Part shown: positions 51,302 to 62,762 of the stretch, one piece after another | How the letters are laid out: each line of letters begins with the position of its first letter | Numbering within the stretch: the first letter of the stretch is position 1 | Assembly (NCBI RefSeq): GCF_001194135.2 | Contig: NC_068989.1 | Coordinates: 48,047,052-48,111,051, forward strand | Origin: Octopus bimaculoides | Taxonomy: Eukaryota | Length of the DNA: 64,000 bases | Reading direction: 5' to 3' | Position numbers and translations under genes: made by a program | Notes under the pieces: generated by a model | Seen by the model: the letters and a program-made list of their open reading frames with translations, nothing else | What the model was told of the DNA's origin: nothing | The model's database searches: none

Positions 51302-52502
51302 TGCGATACGAACCTATATTTCTTCAAACTACCAACCAGTTCATCATATCGAATCAGTTAGTATCAGGTCTCACATTTAGCATTTTTTTCTCTTTATTTT
51401 TAAATAAAAGTTTATGGATTAAATTTTAATCAAACATATATGAGATATAAAATTCCTAACATAACCGAACAATTTGAAACCGATTCATTAAAAACTCATA
51501 ATTATTTTATTTCTTTGTAGTATTTTCTGTATAACGATTATTGAATTCCTCTTTAAGTTCCAGTAGTGTCTCTAGAGAGATAGGTTTCCCCTGCAGTAAA
51601 ACTCAAACTTCTAAATCTAAGTGCATCAATTTATTGAACAAGCAAAAGTGTTTATATTTATTGTTAATTGCTACATATAGAATTACAAGGAGAATGCCAG
51701 CAGGCGCAATCGCCAGACGGCTGTACTTTGTGGGTGAGGGAGCCTTGGCAGCATAAAGAGTTAGTGGAACAGTGAGCCGAAATATCATTATAGACAATAG
51801 ATGAAATACTAAGAGATGTTGTCCATAATGTCTACACACTTACCTACATATATACATGCCTATATGAGCGTTAGTGCGCGCGCGCGTGTGTGTGCGGACG
51901 TGTGTATGTTTGTTTTTTATACATATAAATATATACATATAAACAAAAATATTTAAGTATATCAACTAGAGGTGCACGAAGCAGAGTTTATTGAAATTTA
52001 AGTTTGTACAGCTATAGTTAACACGTTCATGTACACACAGACGAGAAAAGCGTTAAGACGTTCATGTACACAGACGGGAAAAAGGACTTTCGCATTCTAA
52101 GAGCATTCTGGGGAAAATTATCCTTTCTGATATTTTCTTAACATTTTAAACATAAATGTGCGAAGGAACGATCACTTGCAGAGATATATATATATATAAA
52201 TTTATATGTATCTGCCCTAACTCTTCGAAACGCTTAGTTTTAGAATGGTGGCAGCTGATGAAGGAAATGTTCTCTATGTGGCCTGTGTGTTTTCTGTGCT
52301 TTGTTTATGTTCTATTTTTCATTTTGTCTACGTTTTGTTTGCAACGTCCTGTACCCAGATATGCATTTATATATACATGTAGATGTAGGTATGTACATAC
52401 ATGTACGTATATATTCATATATTCACATATTATTTGTATGAAATATATTTATATATATGTATATATATAATATTAATTAACGGGTGATGGATTTGGTATT
52501 AA

Positions 52503-52570
52503 ATCTTTATTCGTTACAACATATGTTTCGAGCCATTAGTCTGGGTCTCATCAGGTACAACAATAAAGAT
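52503..52570 (-). ncRNA. Minimal type-I hammerhead ribozyme (candidate 2)
   Basis: The minus strand reads atctttattgttgtac-CTGATGA-gacc cagactaat ggctc-GAAA-C ATAT G-TT/gtaacgaataaagat. The core is intact, stem III is palindromic (CATATG), the cleavage triplet is GUU, and stem I extends to a 9-bp distal helix. Confidence 0.75.
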
Positions 52571-52644
52571 GTCTCACTACAGAATATTAATGTCGGGTGA
52601 TTTGTTATATGTCCATCAAGTTACATCCAACAGAAGCGTAGTCC

Positions 52645-52900
52645 TATGTGTGTGTGTGTGTGTGTGTGTGCATTCCTATATATATGCGTGTGTGTCTGTG
52701 TTTGTCCCCACCCCCAACATCGCTTGACATCCGAGACTGTTGTGTTTACGTCCCCGTAACTTAGCGGTTCGGCAAAAGAAACCGATAGAATAAGTACTAG
52801 GTTTACAAAAAATAAGTCCTGGGGTCGATTTGCTCAACTAAAGGTGGTGCTCCTGCATGGCCGCAGTCAAATAACTGAAGCAAGTAAAAGAGCAAAAGAG
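52645..52900 (+). mobile_element. SINE family B, 3' half
   Basis: (GT)n..gtccccgtaacttagcggttcggcaaaag..ggggtcgatttgctc..gcatggccgcagtcaaat..gtaaaagag. Confidence 0.9.
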
Positions 52901-53182
52901 TATATATGGTTCAAAATTGTGCAAAAACTTTAAAAAAGCAAAAAACAGAGACACGTGTAGGAGCAACAAGCAAGGTGTATTAGTTCGATTCTTAGGGAAA
53001 ATAGAAGAGTCTACAGAAAGGAATGAAGATAGAATTCTTAAGGAGAGAGGGAAAAACGGTGGCTTAGTCATCATTTATTTAGATCCTCTCGATTCTGAAT
53101 TCAATTCCTTCAAATTCAATTCCTTTACTTCTCTTTTTCAATAATTAAAAATAATAAACTGGAGCGATTTCAATCAAATATA

Positions 53183-53385
53183 TCACTGTGAGTTGGCAGA
53201 ACCGTTAGAGCAGAGGGGAAAATACCTGGAGCTATTTCTTTTGCTTTTTGTGAGGTTCAAATCTTAGTGGTGTTAACTTTACCATTTGTTCTTTTGGGGT
53301 TGCTAAAATAAGTATCAGTCACTATGATCGATGATATCGACTAATCCCCGACCCCTCAAAATTGCTGGCTTGGTGTCCATGATAA
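53183..53385 (+). mobile_element. SINE-like family C, decayed
   Basis: gagttggcagaaccgttag..ggttcaaat..ctttaccattt..tcgactaatcccc..aaattgctggc. Confidence 0.7.
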
Positions 53386-54548
53386 AAGACTTTGTTCATA
53401 TATCGGCTTATCGTAGGAGTGTAACTGCGATCTTTTAGCTAAGCTAATTACATATCTCCCAAGTTGTCTCTAAGCATTTTCTGCTTAATTCTACTCATCT
53501 CTTGAATCTACACATATAGCGAGGCCATATAAGTTCAAACATATTGTTGAACTGGATTCTCATCATTCAGCTCTACCACACTTTCCCTTCCCTCCTCATA
53601 ATGAAAGGCAAACATATTATTATCTTAACACTTCTTTACTACTTTATTCGTGTTTTGTTTTTATCTTTCCTTCTGTGGTAACGGGAGCGTATTTTATGCT
53701 TTCCTTCTCTACTTTCTGTTATATTTTGTTTTGTTTTAGACATGTTTTGTTTCGTGTTTTTGTAAATATATTTATTTTAACCAATTGCAAGGGGCCAAGC
53801 CACACGGAAAAGTAATTATGTCTATTGCTCTACCAAATTAATTTCAGAGTGTAAGGTCAGGTCGAAAAGTCGTGAAAGTAATCAAATATTTTCTGTAAAT
53901 CCAGATGGTGAAGGCATTCATTTCCAGTAAATAGATTATCACCGTTTAATTATCCATGGAATTCAAATCGTCGATCTTCCGCATTCCATTTTAACGTCAT
54001 GACCTTTGAGCTTAAGTATTATTGCACATTTTATTTTCGTATTGTTATTGTTTTCAACGAAAAAATCAGACCGCAGTATTAGAAACGATATTTCGTTTGT
54101 TCACAGCGCGTCCACATATTTCATATTTCTCGTGTGATTACTTCGATGTCTCTGATGGAAATCACAAATAGTCTCAACGTTTAGAGAGTAACATTACATA
54201 ACATTGGAATATTGATTCCAGGCATTGGAACAAGGTGACAAACTGATACCACGGTGGACTTAGGGGTATATTTAAAAGTAAACAAAAGCAAAGGCAGAAT
54301 GAACGAAAGAGAATTCTATAAGTAAAAAAAGGCAACATCAAAAGACAAGCTCACTGCCCGTTCAGGTATTCTACCAGCTTAGTATGTCTATATATATACC
54401 TAATAATTTGTGGTACTCGGTTAGACTCCTTGTAGATTAGATATTCAATCCCTAACACTGCTTACTAAGGCTTTCGAATGTCCAGGTTAATAGAAATGTT
54501 AGTAATAATACTACATTAGATTATATAAGCCATATATTTTGTCCTATA

Positions 54549-55075
54549 GACGCAGGTGTGGTTATGTGGTAAGAAGCTTGCTTCCCAACCACATGGTTAC
54601 GGGTTCAATCCCACTGCGTAGCCCTTTGGGTAAGTGTCTACTACTATAGCCTCGGGTCGACCAAAGCCTTGTGAGTGGATTTGGTAGATGGAAACTGAAA
54701 GAAGCCCGTCGTATACATACATATATATATATATATAAGCAATGTTAATTTTCTAAATGAAGTATTAACAGTAACTGCACGATAAAGTGTAGTATATTGC
54801 CACTTAAGTGTGGCTGATACACAGTAGTGTGTCGATAAGCCAGCTGGAGGAGATGTCCTCCTGGGGCTAAAAGCAACAGTAACATCCACCCCTAGGGGTC
54901 AGCCACACTTAAGTGGCAATATACTACACTATATATATATATATATATAAATACATATATTTGTGTGTGTTTTTGTGTCTGTGTATGTCCCCACCACCTG
55001 GGGTAGATTTCTTCGACTAAAAGCGGTGCTCCAGCACGGCCGCAGTCAAATGTCTGAAACAAGTAAAAGATAGAA
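54549..55075 (+). mobile_element. SINE family B, interrupted in its internal microsatellite
   Basis: 5' half at 54549-~54715 and 3' half (with an internal deletion) at ~54960-55075, separated by foreign sequence. Confidence 0.85.
54786..54930 (+). mobile_element. 145-bp insertion homologous to the 59-kb hammerhead unit, bounded by a perfect 32-bp inverted repeat
   Basis: agtgtagtatattgccacttaagtgtggctga (54786-54817) is the exact reverse complement of 54899-54930. Positions 54827-54925 align with 59257-59352. Confidence 0.85.
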
Positions 55076-55492
55076 GTATAACATACAGACTATATGTTCC
55101 AACAAAAAATAAGTAGTCTAATTTTAACATTAGAAGACTCGATGGTTACCTTGTTTTACACCCACAAATAATATTTTATATGCATATGTGTATGTATATA
55201 TACATATCAAATTGACCATGCGAAAGTTTCTCTTCAATTTGCCTAGCATTCTTGTCCTTTTTCTCCTATTCCACACTTAATCACCTGTTCCTTATTCGAT
55301 GTCCTTAGTAGTTCTATGCTGTTCAGTAAATATTCTAGTAGTATTTTGCTTTCCATCTGTACACACTCTTCCACAGCAAGGAATCCTCTTCCACCTTGGT
55401 CTTTCTTCAGGTGCGGCCTGTTGCAATCAGCTTTCGGATGGTGGGCTTTCTTTTCTTTCGTGTTAACTTTCGCTGTCCATTATTATTATCAA

Positions 55493-55546
<54 letters not shown>

Positions 55547-55586
55547 CATCATCATCATCATCATCATCATTATTAATAACTATATA

Positions 55587-55811
55587 AGGCGACGAGCCGA
55601 CAGAGTCGTTGGCATGCCGACAAAATGCTTAGCGGCATTTCGGCCGGTTTTACATTCTGAGTCCAAATTCCACCGAAGTCGACTTTAATATTCATCCTTC
55701 CGGGGTCGATAAAATAAGGACCAGTTGAGCACCATGAGCACAAGGAACGATGTAATCGACTAAGCCGCACCTCCAGAAAAAATTTCAGGCCTTGTGCCTA
55801 TATTAGAAAAG

Positions 55812-55812
<1 letters not shown>
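55587..55812 (+). mobile_element. SINE-like family C between (ATT)n tracts
   Basis: aggcgacgagcc..aaatgcttagcggcatttc..gtcgacttt..ggggtcgataaaat..ggccttgtgcctatattagaaaagattattatt. Confidence 0.9.
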
Positions 55813-55858
<46 letters not shown>

Positions 55859-55909
55859 CATTATTATTATTATTATCATCATCATTATTATTACTATTAT
55901 AGTTATTAA

Positions 55910-56050
55910 TGCGGGGAATTGGCAGAATTGTTAGCATCCCCGACCAAATGCATAGCAGCTTTTTGTTCCGTGTTTATGTTTTGAGTTCAAATTCCGCCAA
56001 GGTCGACTTTGGCTATCAACCTTTCAGGGTCGATATAAATGCCAGTTTCT
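55910..56050 (+). mobile_element. SINE-like family C, 3'-truncated
   Basis: ggggaattggcagaa..gagttcaaattccgcc.aggtcgactttg. Confidence 0.8.
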
Positions 56051-57099
56051 GCTAGTAGGAACGATTATTATTGTTATTCCTGCTTCAAGGTTAACGAAAA
56101 TTGATGCAATTCTTGGCTCTGATACATTTTGCTAGTTATTTTGCAGCTGTTGTTTGTTGNNNNNNNNNNNNNNNNNNNNNNNNNNNNNNNNNNNNNNNNN
56201 NNNNNNNNNNNNNNNNNNNNNNNNNNNNNNNNNNNNNNNNNNNNNNNNNNNNNNNNNNNNNNNNNNNNNNNNNNNNNNNNNNNNNNNNNNNNNNNNNNNN
56301 NNNNNNNNNNNNNNNNNNNNNNNNNNNNNNNNNNNNNNNNNNNNNNNNNNNNNNNNNNNNNNNNNNNNNNNNNNNNNNNNNNNNNNNNNNNNNNNNNNNN
56401 NNNNNNNNNNNNNNNNNNNNNNNNNNNNNNNNNNNNNNNNNNNNNNNNNNNNNNNNNNNNNNNNNNNNNNNNNNNNNNNNNNNNNNNNNNNNNNNNNNNN
56501 NNNNNNNNNNNNNNNNNNNNNNNNNNNNNNNNNNNNNNNNNNNNNNNNNNNNNNNNNNNNNNNNNNNNNNNNNNNNNNNNNNNNNNNNNNNNNNNNNNNN
56601 NNNNNNNNNNNNNNNNNNNNNNNNNNNNNNNNNNNNNNNNNNNNNNNNNNNNNNNNNNNNNNNNNNNNNNNNNNNNNNNNNNNNNNNNNNGAAAAAACTA
56701 CAGAAGGCTTGTGTTACATGGTTAAAGTATATATTTAAATTATGTCAGAAAAATGTTATAACATTTTTTTGGTATATAAACATTGTATTTTGAAGAAATA
56801 ACCGGTTTCGTGTTGTCTTTTCAAATTTCTCTACTTCATTGTAACATGTGTTCACTCCAGTGTGCAAAAAAGAGTTCTATATAGGGGGAGGTAATTAGGG
56901 ATTTCTTCCGGTATAAGGGAGGTAATCGAAATGCAGGAGGTAGTAGATTTTGATTAATTTACCCTGGTTTGGTTTAGAAGGAACAGTATATTAGGTTTAG
57001 TTCTATATTTTTTTCCTTCTCAGTGGGGTATATATATATATATCGTCCGTAAACATATATCTGAAAAAAGGAGCTCACTCTAAGTTATAGAGAAGTATT

Positions 57100-57365
57100 T
57101 ATTAAAGTTAGATAAAGCCGGTTTATGGTTTTATAGGTTTCACATCCATGAAGGTTTGACAATCTTCGATAATCTTAGTTATTGTATTTGCTCTTCTTAA
57201 TGCGTGTGACGCACGAGTCAAGACAATTTTTTCCACTTCCTGCATGGATGGTAATCCAAGAATCATTTTAAAATAAATTCAGTTCCTTTTTAGATCATTC
57301 CAAGTCTCCTGCTGGTATTGTAACCGTCTTGAGATTCCACATCTTTTCGATTTCTTTAGCTTGCC
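57100..57365 (-). pseudogene. R4/Dong-like (RLE) LINE C-terminus and 3' UTR
   Basis: The minus strand reads AKEIEKMWNLKTVTIP..GMI*KGTE../KMILGLPSMQEVEKIVLTRASHALRRA, a typical end of RLE-endonuclease LINE ORFs. Confidence 0.7.
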
Positions 57366-57368
57366 AAC

Positions 57369-57575
57369 GTGGCCACACTAAGAGAAAAAGTTTTTAATGT
57401 TCGAGGCCTGGGATCGCCCTGGAAGCAGGGGCGCCTTCTCAACGATCTCATGTTTCTAGAATTGGATATAATAGCTGTCAATGAGAGCAAGATTTCCAAT
57501 ACACGCGCACTGGCCGCCATGTTCGACGGCTTTCAGATCTTTGCATCTGTTAGTCGGCCGGGAATGGCAGGTGGA
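57369..57575 (+). pseudogene. L1/Tx1-like ORF2 apurinic-endonuclease N-terminus
   Basis: FNVRGLGSPWKQGRLLNDL..LDIIAVNESK..GGV contains the APE motifs NVRGL, D(I)xxxxE and GGV. Confidence 0.8.
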
Positions 57576-57857
57576 GTAAAATTAGAGTAAATTATTGAAG
57601 GGTATAATTACAAGATTAAGTGATTAATAGGTTAAATTAATACTTATATTTATACTTATATTACATCTATTTATATTTGTATATTTGTGTTAAATATGGT
57701 TTGTATAATGATTGTTATAAATAATTGTACTATTATCAATTATTTGTCATTTGAAATGTGGCTTATATGAGTGTTCTAAATATAAAAAACGAGTGGTTGA
57801 GTATAGAATATGTTGCTAAAATCCAATATACAAGTTATTCATTATTTATTATATGAA

Positions 57858-57890
<33 letters not shown>

Positions 57891-58935
57891 NNNNNNNNNN
57901 NNNNNNNNNNNNNNNNNNNNNNNNNNNNNNNNNNNNNNNNNNNNNNNNNNNNNNNNNNNNNNNNNNNNNNNNNNNNNNNNNNNNNNNNNNNNNNNNNNNN
58001 NNNNNNNNNNNNNNNNNNNNNNNNNNNNNNNNNNNNNNNNNNNNNNNNNNNNNNNNNNNNNNNNNNNNNNNNNNNNNNNNNNNNNNNNNNNNNNNNNNNN
58101 NNNNNNNNNNNNNNNNNNNNNNNNNNNNNNNNNNNNNNNNNNNNNNNNNNNNNNNNNNNNNNNNNNNNNNNNNNNNNNNNNNNNNNNNNNNNNNNNNNNN
58201 NNNNNNNNNNNNNNNNNNNNNNNNNNNNNNNNNNNNNNNNNNNNNNNNNNNNNNNNNNNNNNNNNNNNNNNNNNNNNNNNNNNNNNNNNNNNNNNNNNNN
58301 NNNNNNNNNNNNNNNNNNNNNNNNNNNNNNNNNNNNNNNNNNNNNNNNNNNNNNNNNNNNNNNNNNNNNNNNNNNNNNNNNNNNNNNNNNNNNNNNNNNN
58401 TATATATATATATATTCTTTTGAAAAGCATAGAAAGCATGAAAGTGCTCGAGTCAAACCCGAGACGCTAGACAAGTACAAGAAATACAGAGAAGAGGTCC
58501 AACTCAGGCAGACAACGATTGGTGTATACATATACGGATTTAATTATAATAGTTGTCTAAAACATATATTAATGCATTATAAAGATAAAGAGATATAAAA
58601 ATATATGAATGTCAAAAATATGCATGGACAAGTAAATATATAGATATACAAACATAATGGAATATAGATAAAAATTTAGATAAGAATAATGAAATATGGA
58701 AAGACATTTCTTTTAAAAATTCAAAATAAATTATGGAATGGAGGGAGTAATAGATGTTTAAAAATCTTTTTGGTACCATATTTAAAGGAAATAAAGTATT
58801 TCTATGTTCGTTTCTAGAGTTCATTTAAAGCGTACATGTGAATCTTACGATTCACTTCCAAGGAATGCCCCCATCATCAGGGAAATATATATATGTGTGC
58901 GTGTGTGTGTGTGCTTAGATATATATGTATATGTT

Positions 58936-59420
58936 GGGGCTATATACATCAGTAGCACTGTCCTGTATAGGACACCACACTTAGTTGGCGAATATATGTT
59001 ATTGTTCCCTACTGCTATTGTTTATATCTCGCTCAGAGATTTAATATAACATTTTCTCTCTTCTACGAGATCAGTGACAGTGAGTCACCAGAAAAATGTA
59101 TAGTAATATGCGAGTGGAATGAGCTTCCATCACCAGCTGGTGGCTAACACACGCTGAGGACGGGTAACCACCCAGAAACTCGAATCTGTGTGTATTAAGT
59201 CAGGCTAGAGATGGGAGCGATAGCCTCCCCTCGCAAATACTAATCGGACGAAGAATGTGTGTCGTTAGCCAGCTGGAGGAGATGTTTTCCAGGGGTGTAA
59301 ACATCAGTAGCACTGTCTTGTATGGGACGCCACACTTAGTTAGCAAATATATGTTACGGTTCCGTACTGCTACGGTTTATATCTCACTCAGAGATTTAAT
59401 ATAACATTCTCTCTCTCTCT
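58936..59420 (+). mobile_element. Retrozyme-like non-coding element: ~1.3 tandem copies of a 355-nt unit
   Basis: Direct repeats at 58946-59060 and 59301-~59418 (offset 355, about a dozen differences) enclose one hammerhead and no substantial ORF. Confidence 0.75.
59147..59193 (+). ncRNA. Minimal type-I hammerhead ribozyme (candidate 1)
   Basis: acacacg-CTGAGGA-c gggt aacc accc a-GAAA-C TCGA-ATC/tgtgtgt: 7-bp stem I, 4-bp stem II, palindromic TCGA in stem III, and predicted cleavage after C59186. Confidence 0.85.
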
Positions 59421-59422
59421 TG

Positions 59423-59489
<67 letters not shown>

Positions 59490-59536
59490 NNNNNNNNNNN
59501 NNNNNNNNNNNNNNNNNNNNNNNNNATGTATATATA

Positions 59537-59580
<44 letters not shown>

Positions 59581-61044
59581 TATATATCTATGTATGTATT
59601 TGGGGAGGTGCATGTGTGTGTATATATGTTCGTATAGGGCTGTACAAAAACCGCTAGGCTTTCCAGATACGTCGTCACTTGGCAGATGCGGCCGACTGGG
59701 ACAATACCTGAGAAGAGGTTGCAGTATTGCATTATCCAAGCAAAATTAGGAGCCACTTTGCTGTGTAAATTCACCATTCAGTCATTACCAGGATCGCATG
59801 GCAAAAGACATACTGCATTCATGCGTTTGTGCCTCTATGTGTGTTTGTATTTGCGTGTGTCTTGCGCATGTGATACGTAGGACATATTTCCCTTGTGTCT
59901 GTCTATGCATCATATATAATAAATATATCCAATTTTTTGAACAACCAGCGTAACTTGAGACTTATAAAATGAAAGGATTATATTACTCAGAACGTATGAA
60001 ACATGGGTTAACTAAAAGTTTGAAAACAATTATAGATCTATTTATTTATTGCACAATAGGTTCAACACGTATTTATACATTGCACAGATAGTGTCAGTTC
60101 GTCACATTAAGCAGCGCTACATCTATAAACAACTCTTCCGGTGGATATAATTTGGAGAGGTACACCTCCAAGTTAACTTGCTCTAGATGACCTCCATTAA
60201 GGCGATTTCTTCAAACATCATAGAAATCTAGGAAAGATTCAACAGCAGACATGTAGTGACACCATCACTGAATGGATTAAAAGACATATAACTATCATCA
60301 TTCAATTAAACGTGTATTTCTTTGGTATTGGAACTCAGTTCAATTTTCTGAATAACTACATTTGAAGACTGAAGTTACTTTGAAAGGTTAATCAGATTTT
60401 GGAAAGAAAAGAAAAATAATCATTAGATGTCTCATCAGGTACGTTTTAATGGATGCAAAGCTTTTGAAACGTTTGAAGTCATTCTAATCGATAAGTAACA
60501 ATTTGAGATATTTTTAATGCGGAAAGCTACTTATACTGCGACGAGACTCTCACAAAAGCAAGAGTGGTTTGAATTCTCAAATTGATGATGTGTTGGTGAT
60601 GTGTCGTTAACGTGGCCAAAACACTCTCTTCTCATAGTTCCGGCCAACTTAACTATAAATAGTAACAATATCGTTATTCAATTTTCCAATATAAACAGTA
60701 AGAATACTGTTAGAGAAGCCGTATGTTCGTGAACAACTATTGCTGAAATGAACTTCTAATCGTTACACAGCTTGCTCTAAAATATAGTCTTCCATGTTGA
60801 TTTTCATGAAATATATATGTACGTGCACATTCATACACACATATACGCACACACCCACACACAAACAGATATATACACTCATATGTATATGTGTAGGTTG
60901 GTATATAGGTAGGCTGATAGGTAGATAGATACGTATGTACTGATAAACGGTCGGTCAAGAGGATCCCTTGTCATTTTCCTGCACAGCGAAAGCATGGAAG
61001 TGCATTTGCATTCTTAATTCATCATCGCAGATAAGGCTATTGAA

Positions 61045-61110
<66 letters not shown>

Positions 61111-61236
61111 NNNNNNNNNNTGTGTGTGTGTATGTGTATGTGTGTGTGTGTGTACACACACACATATATATACATATACATACATATATATATACACACA
61201 CATATACATGTATATATATATGTGCATACACACACA

Positions 61237-61298
<62 letters not shown>

Positions 61299-61702
61299 TA
61301 TATGCATGCATATACATATTTACATATATATATATACTTATAAATATACATAGATATATAGAGAGAGGGATAGATACAGACAGATATACATACATTTATG
61401 CATACACACACCCACACATATAGATATATAAATATATACATATATACATACTTATATGTATTTGCATATGTTGCTTTGGAGTGATTACTGACACAACCAT
61501 GCCTCAGGATGTTATACATCTCTCTAATATTTTGTCATATTGTAACATATTGTCATATAGTAACATTTCTCTAACATATTGTCATAAAGTAATATATATA
61601 TACAGCACTATCACTAATACTTATATAGAGTCGAAAGAACGGTTGGGTTTCGAAGTTTAGATGAATGGCATTTGGAGTATTTTACGAAGTTTTGTAGAAG
61701 TT

Positions 61703-61860
61703 AGTGTTTAAAGGCGTCTGGCCTATTGGTTAGAATATCGAATTCATGGTCGCTAGGTCTTAGGCTCGATTCTCGGACCGATGGTACATTGTATCCTTAA
61801 GCAAGTCACTACGTTTCACAATGTTTCATTGCACTCAGATGAAAATGATACCAGTTATCC
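61703..61860 (+). mobile_element. tRNA-derived SINE family D head
   Basis: ggcgtctggcctattggttaga..ggctcgattctcggacc..ttaagcaag.cact..ttcac..cactcagatgaaaatga. Confidence 0.7.
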
Positions 61861-61989
61861 CTGAAATCGATTGGTGTCCTCTTTAAAATGGTGTCCTGTA
61901 TTCTCATATTAAAACCTTTTGAAAATCCGAAGTTCCGGCCTCGTAAGTATATAGACTCGAAGCAACGGAAAAAAAAGTAGTACTTTTTG

Positions 61990-62065
61990 TTGTTCTTTAT
62001 CATCAAGTCAACCTGATTCAGCGGACTTAAGATCAAGAGCATTCCAGCCATGACATTCCATCATT
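61990..62065 (-). mobile_element. SINE family D-type tail
   Basis: ttgttgtt..cctgattcagcggacttaagatcaagagcattccagccatgac. Confidence 0.6.
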
Positions 62066-62475
62066 TCTCAGGTATTATGAAATCCGGATAACAAATATTC
62101 TTTTTAATGTGGGAATTTTTTTATTAAAGTATAACACGACTGCTAATTTTAATGGATCGTGGTGTAGGAGTTTCGTCAGTTTTCTACGGAATTGAGGTTT
62201 TCTGTATGGCTTACTTGCCGGATAAAATTCTAGTCTATGGTAGTTATTTTTCCATATTCCTCAACTAACTGAGTGTATTAAAGCAACAGAATTAATTGCT
62301 TTGGCTTTGCGTAGACGCACATTGGAAGTCATGCTTTCAAATATGAAATCAATCCCATTATACTCGACTATTTTCCGTACTTGAATATATCATCACTAAC
62401 TGCTGTTTTATCCTCAGCAGTAGAATCAGCAGAATCAGCAATAAATAGCAGCAGCAGTAGCAGCAGCAGCAGCAA

Positions 62476-62510
<35 letters not shown>

Positions 62511-62694
62511 ATTTTAAATTATGTTTTTGTTTCGAGACAAGAAACCTAGGGACTGTCGAGAGAATTTCTGAAAATGAGTAAAAGAGCTTAACTGTTTTTA
62601 AAAGGCAGTTTGTATATGCAGCTGCATCAAACTCTCTCATGCACCAAATGTCAATTCCTGAAGTAAAATTCGTGAAGTAAAATTGTGTAGCAAC

Positions 62695-62762
62695 ACCAAA
62701 TGGCGGTGCCCCAGCATAGCCACAGCTCATGAGCTGAAACTAGATAAAATGATAAAATAAAA
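62695..62762 (+). mobile_element. SINE 3' end related to the family B tail
   Basis: ggcggtgccccagcatagccacagctc..tgaaactagataaaatgataaaat. Confidence 0.65.

Noticed and set aside
51280-51320. Hammerhead within the 22-bp hairpin arm (CTGATAA..GAAC)
   Set aside because: Two core mismatches and no stem II.
58946-59420. CRISPR array or LTR retrotransposon reading of the direct repeats
   Set aside because: There are only two ~115-bp repeats in a eukaryotic context, with no cas genes, TG..CA ends, PBS or PPT. The same applies to the 117-bp and 230-bp repeats.
59630-59830. GC-richer unique segment as a host exon
   Set aside because: No recognisable protein in any frame and no convincing splice-site pair.
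60100-60300. Tc3-like transposase C-terminus (PPS*LALDDLH*G)
   Set aside because: The similarity to WPPRSPDL..DF..WG is too weak and no TIR was found.
62455-62512. Poly-Ser/poly-Leu ORFs over (CAG)/(TAG) repeats
   Set aside because: These are simple trinucleotide repeats with no flanking coding signal.
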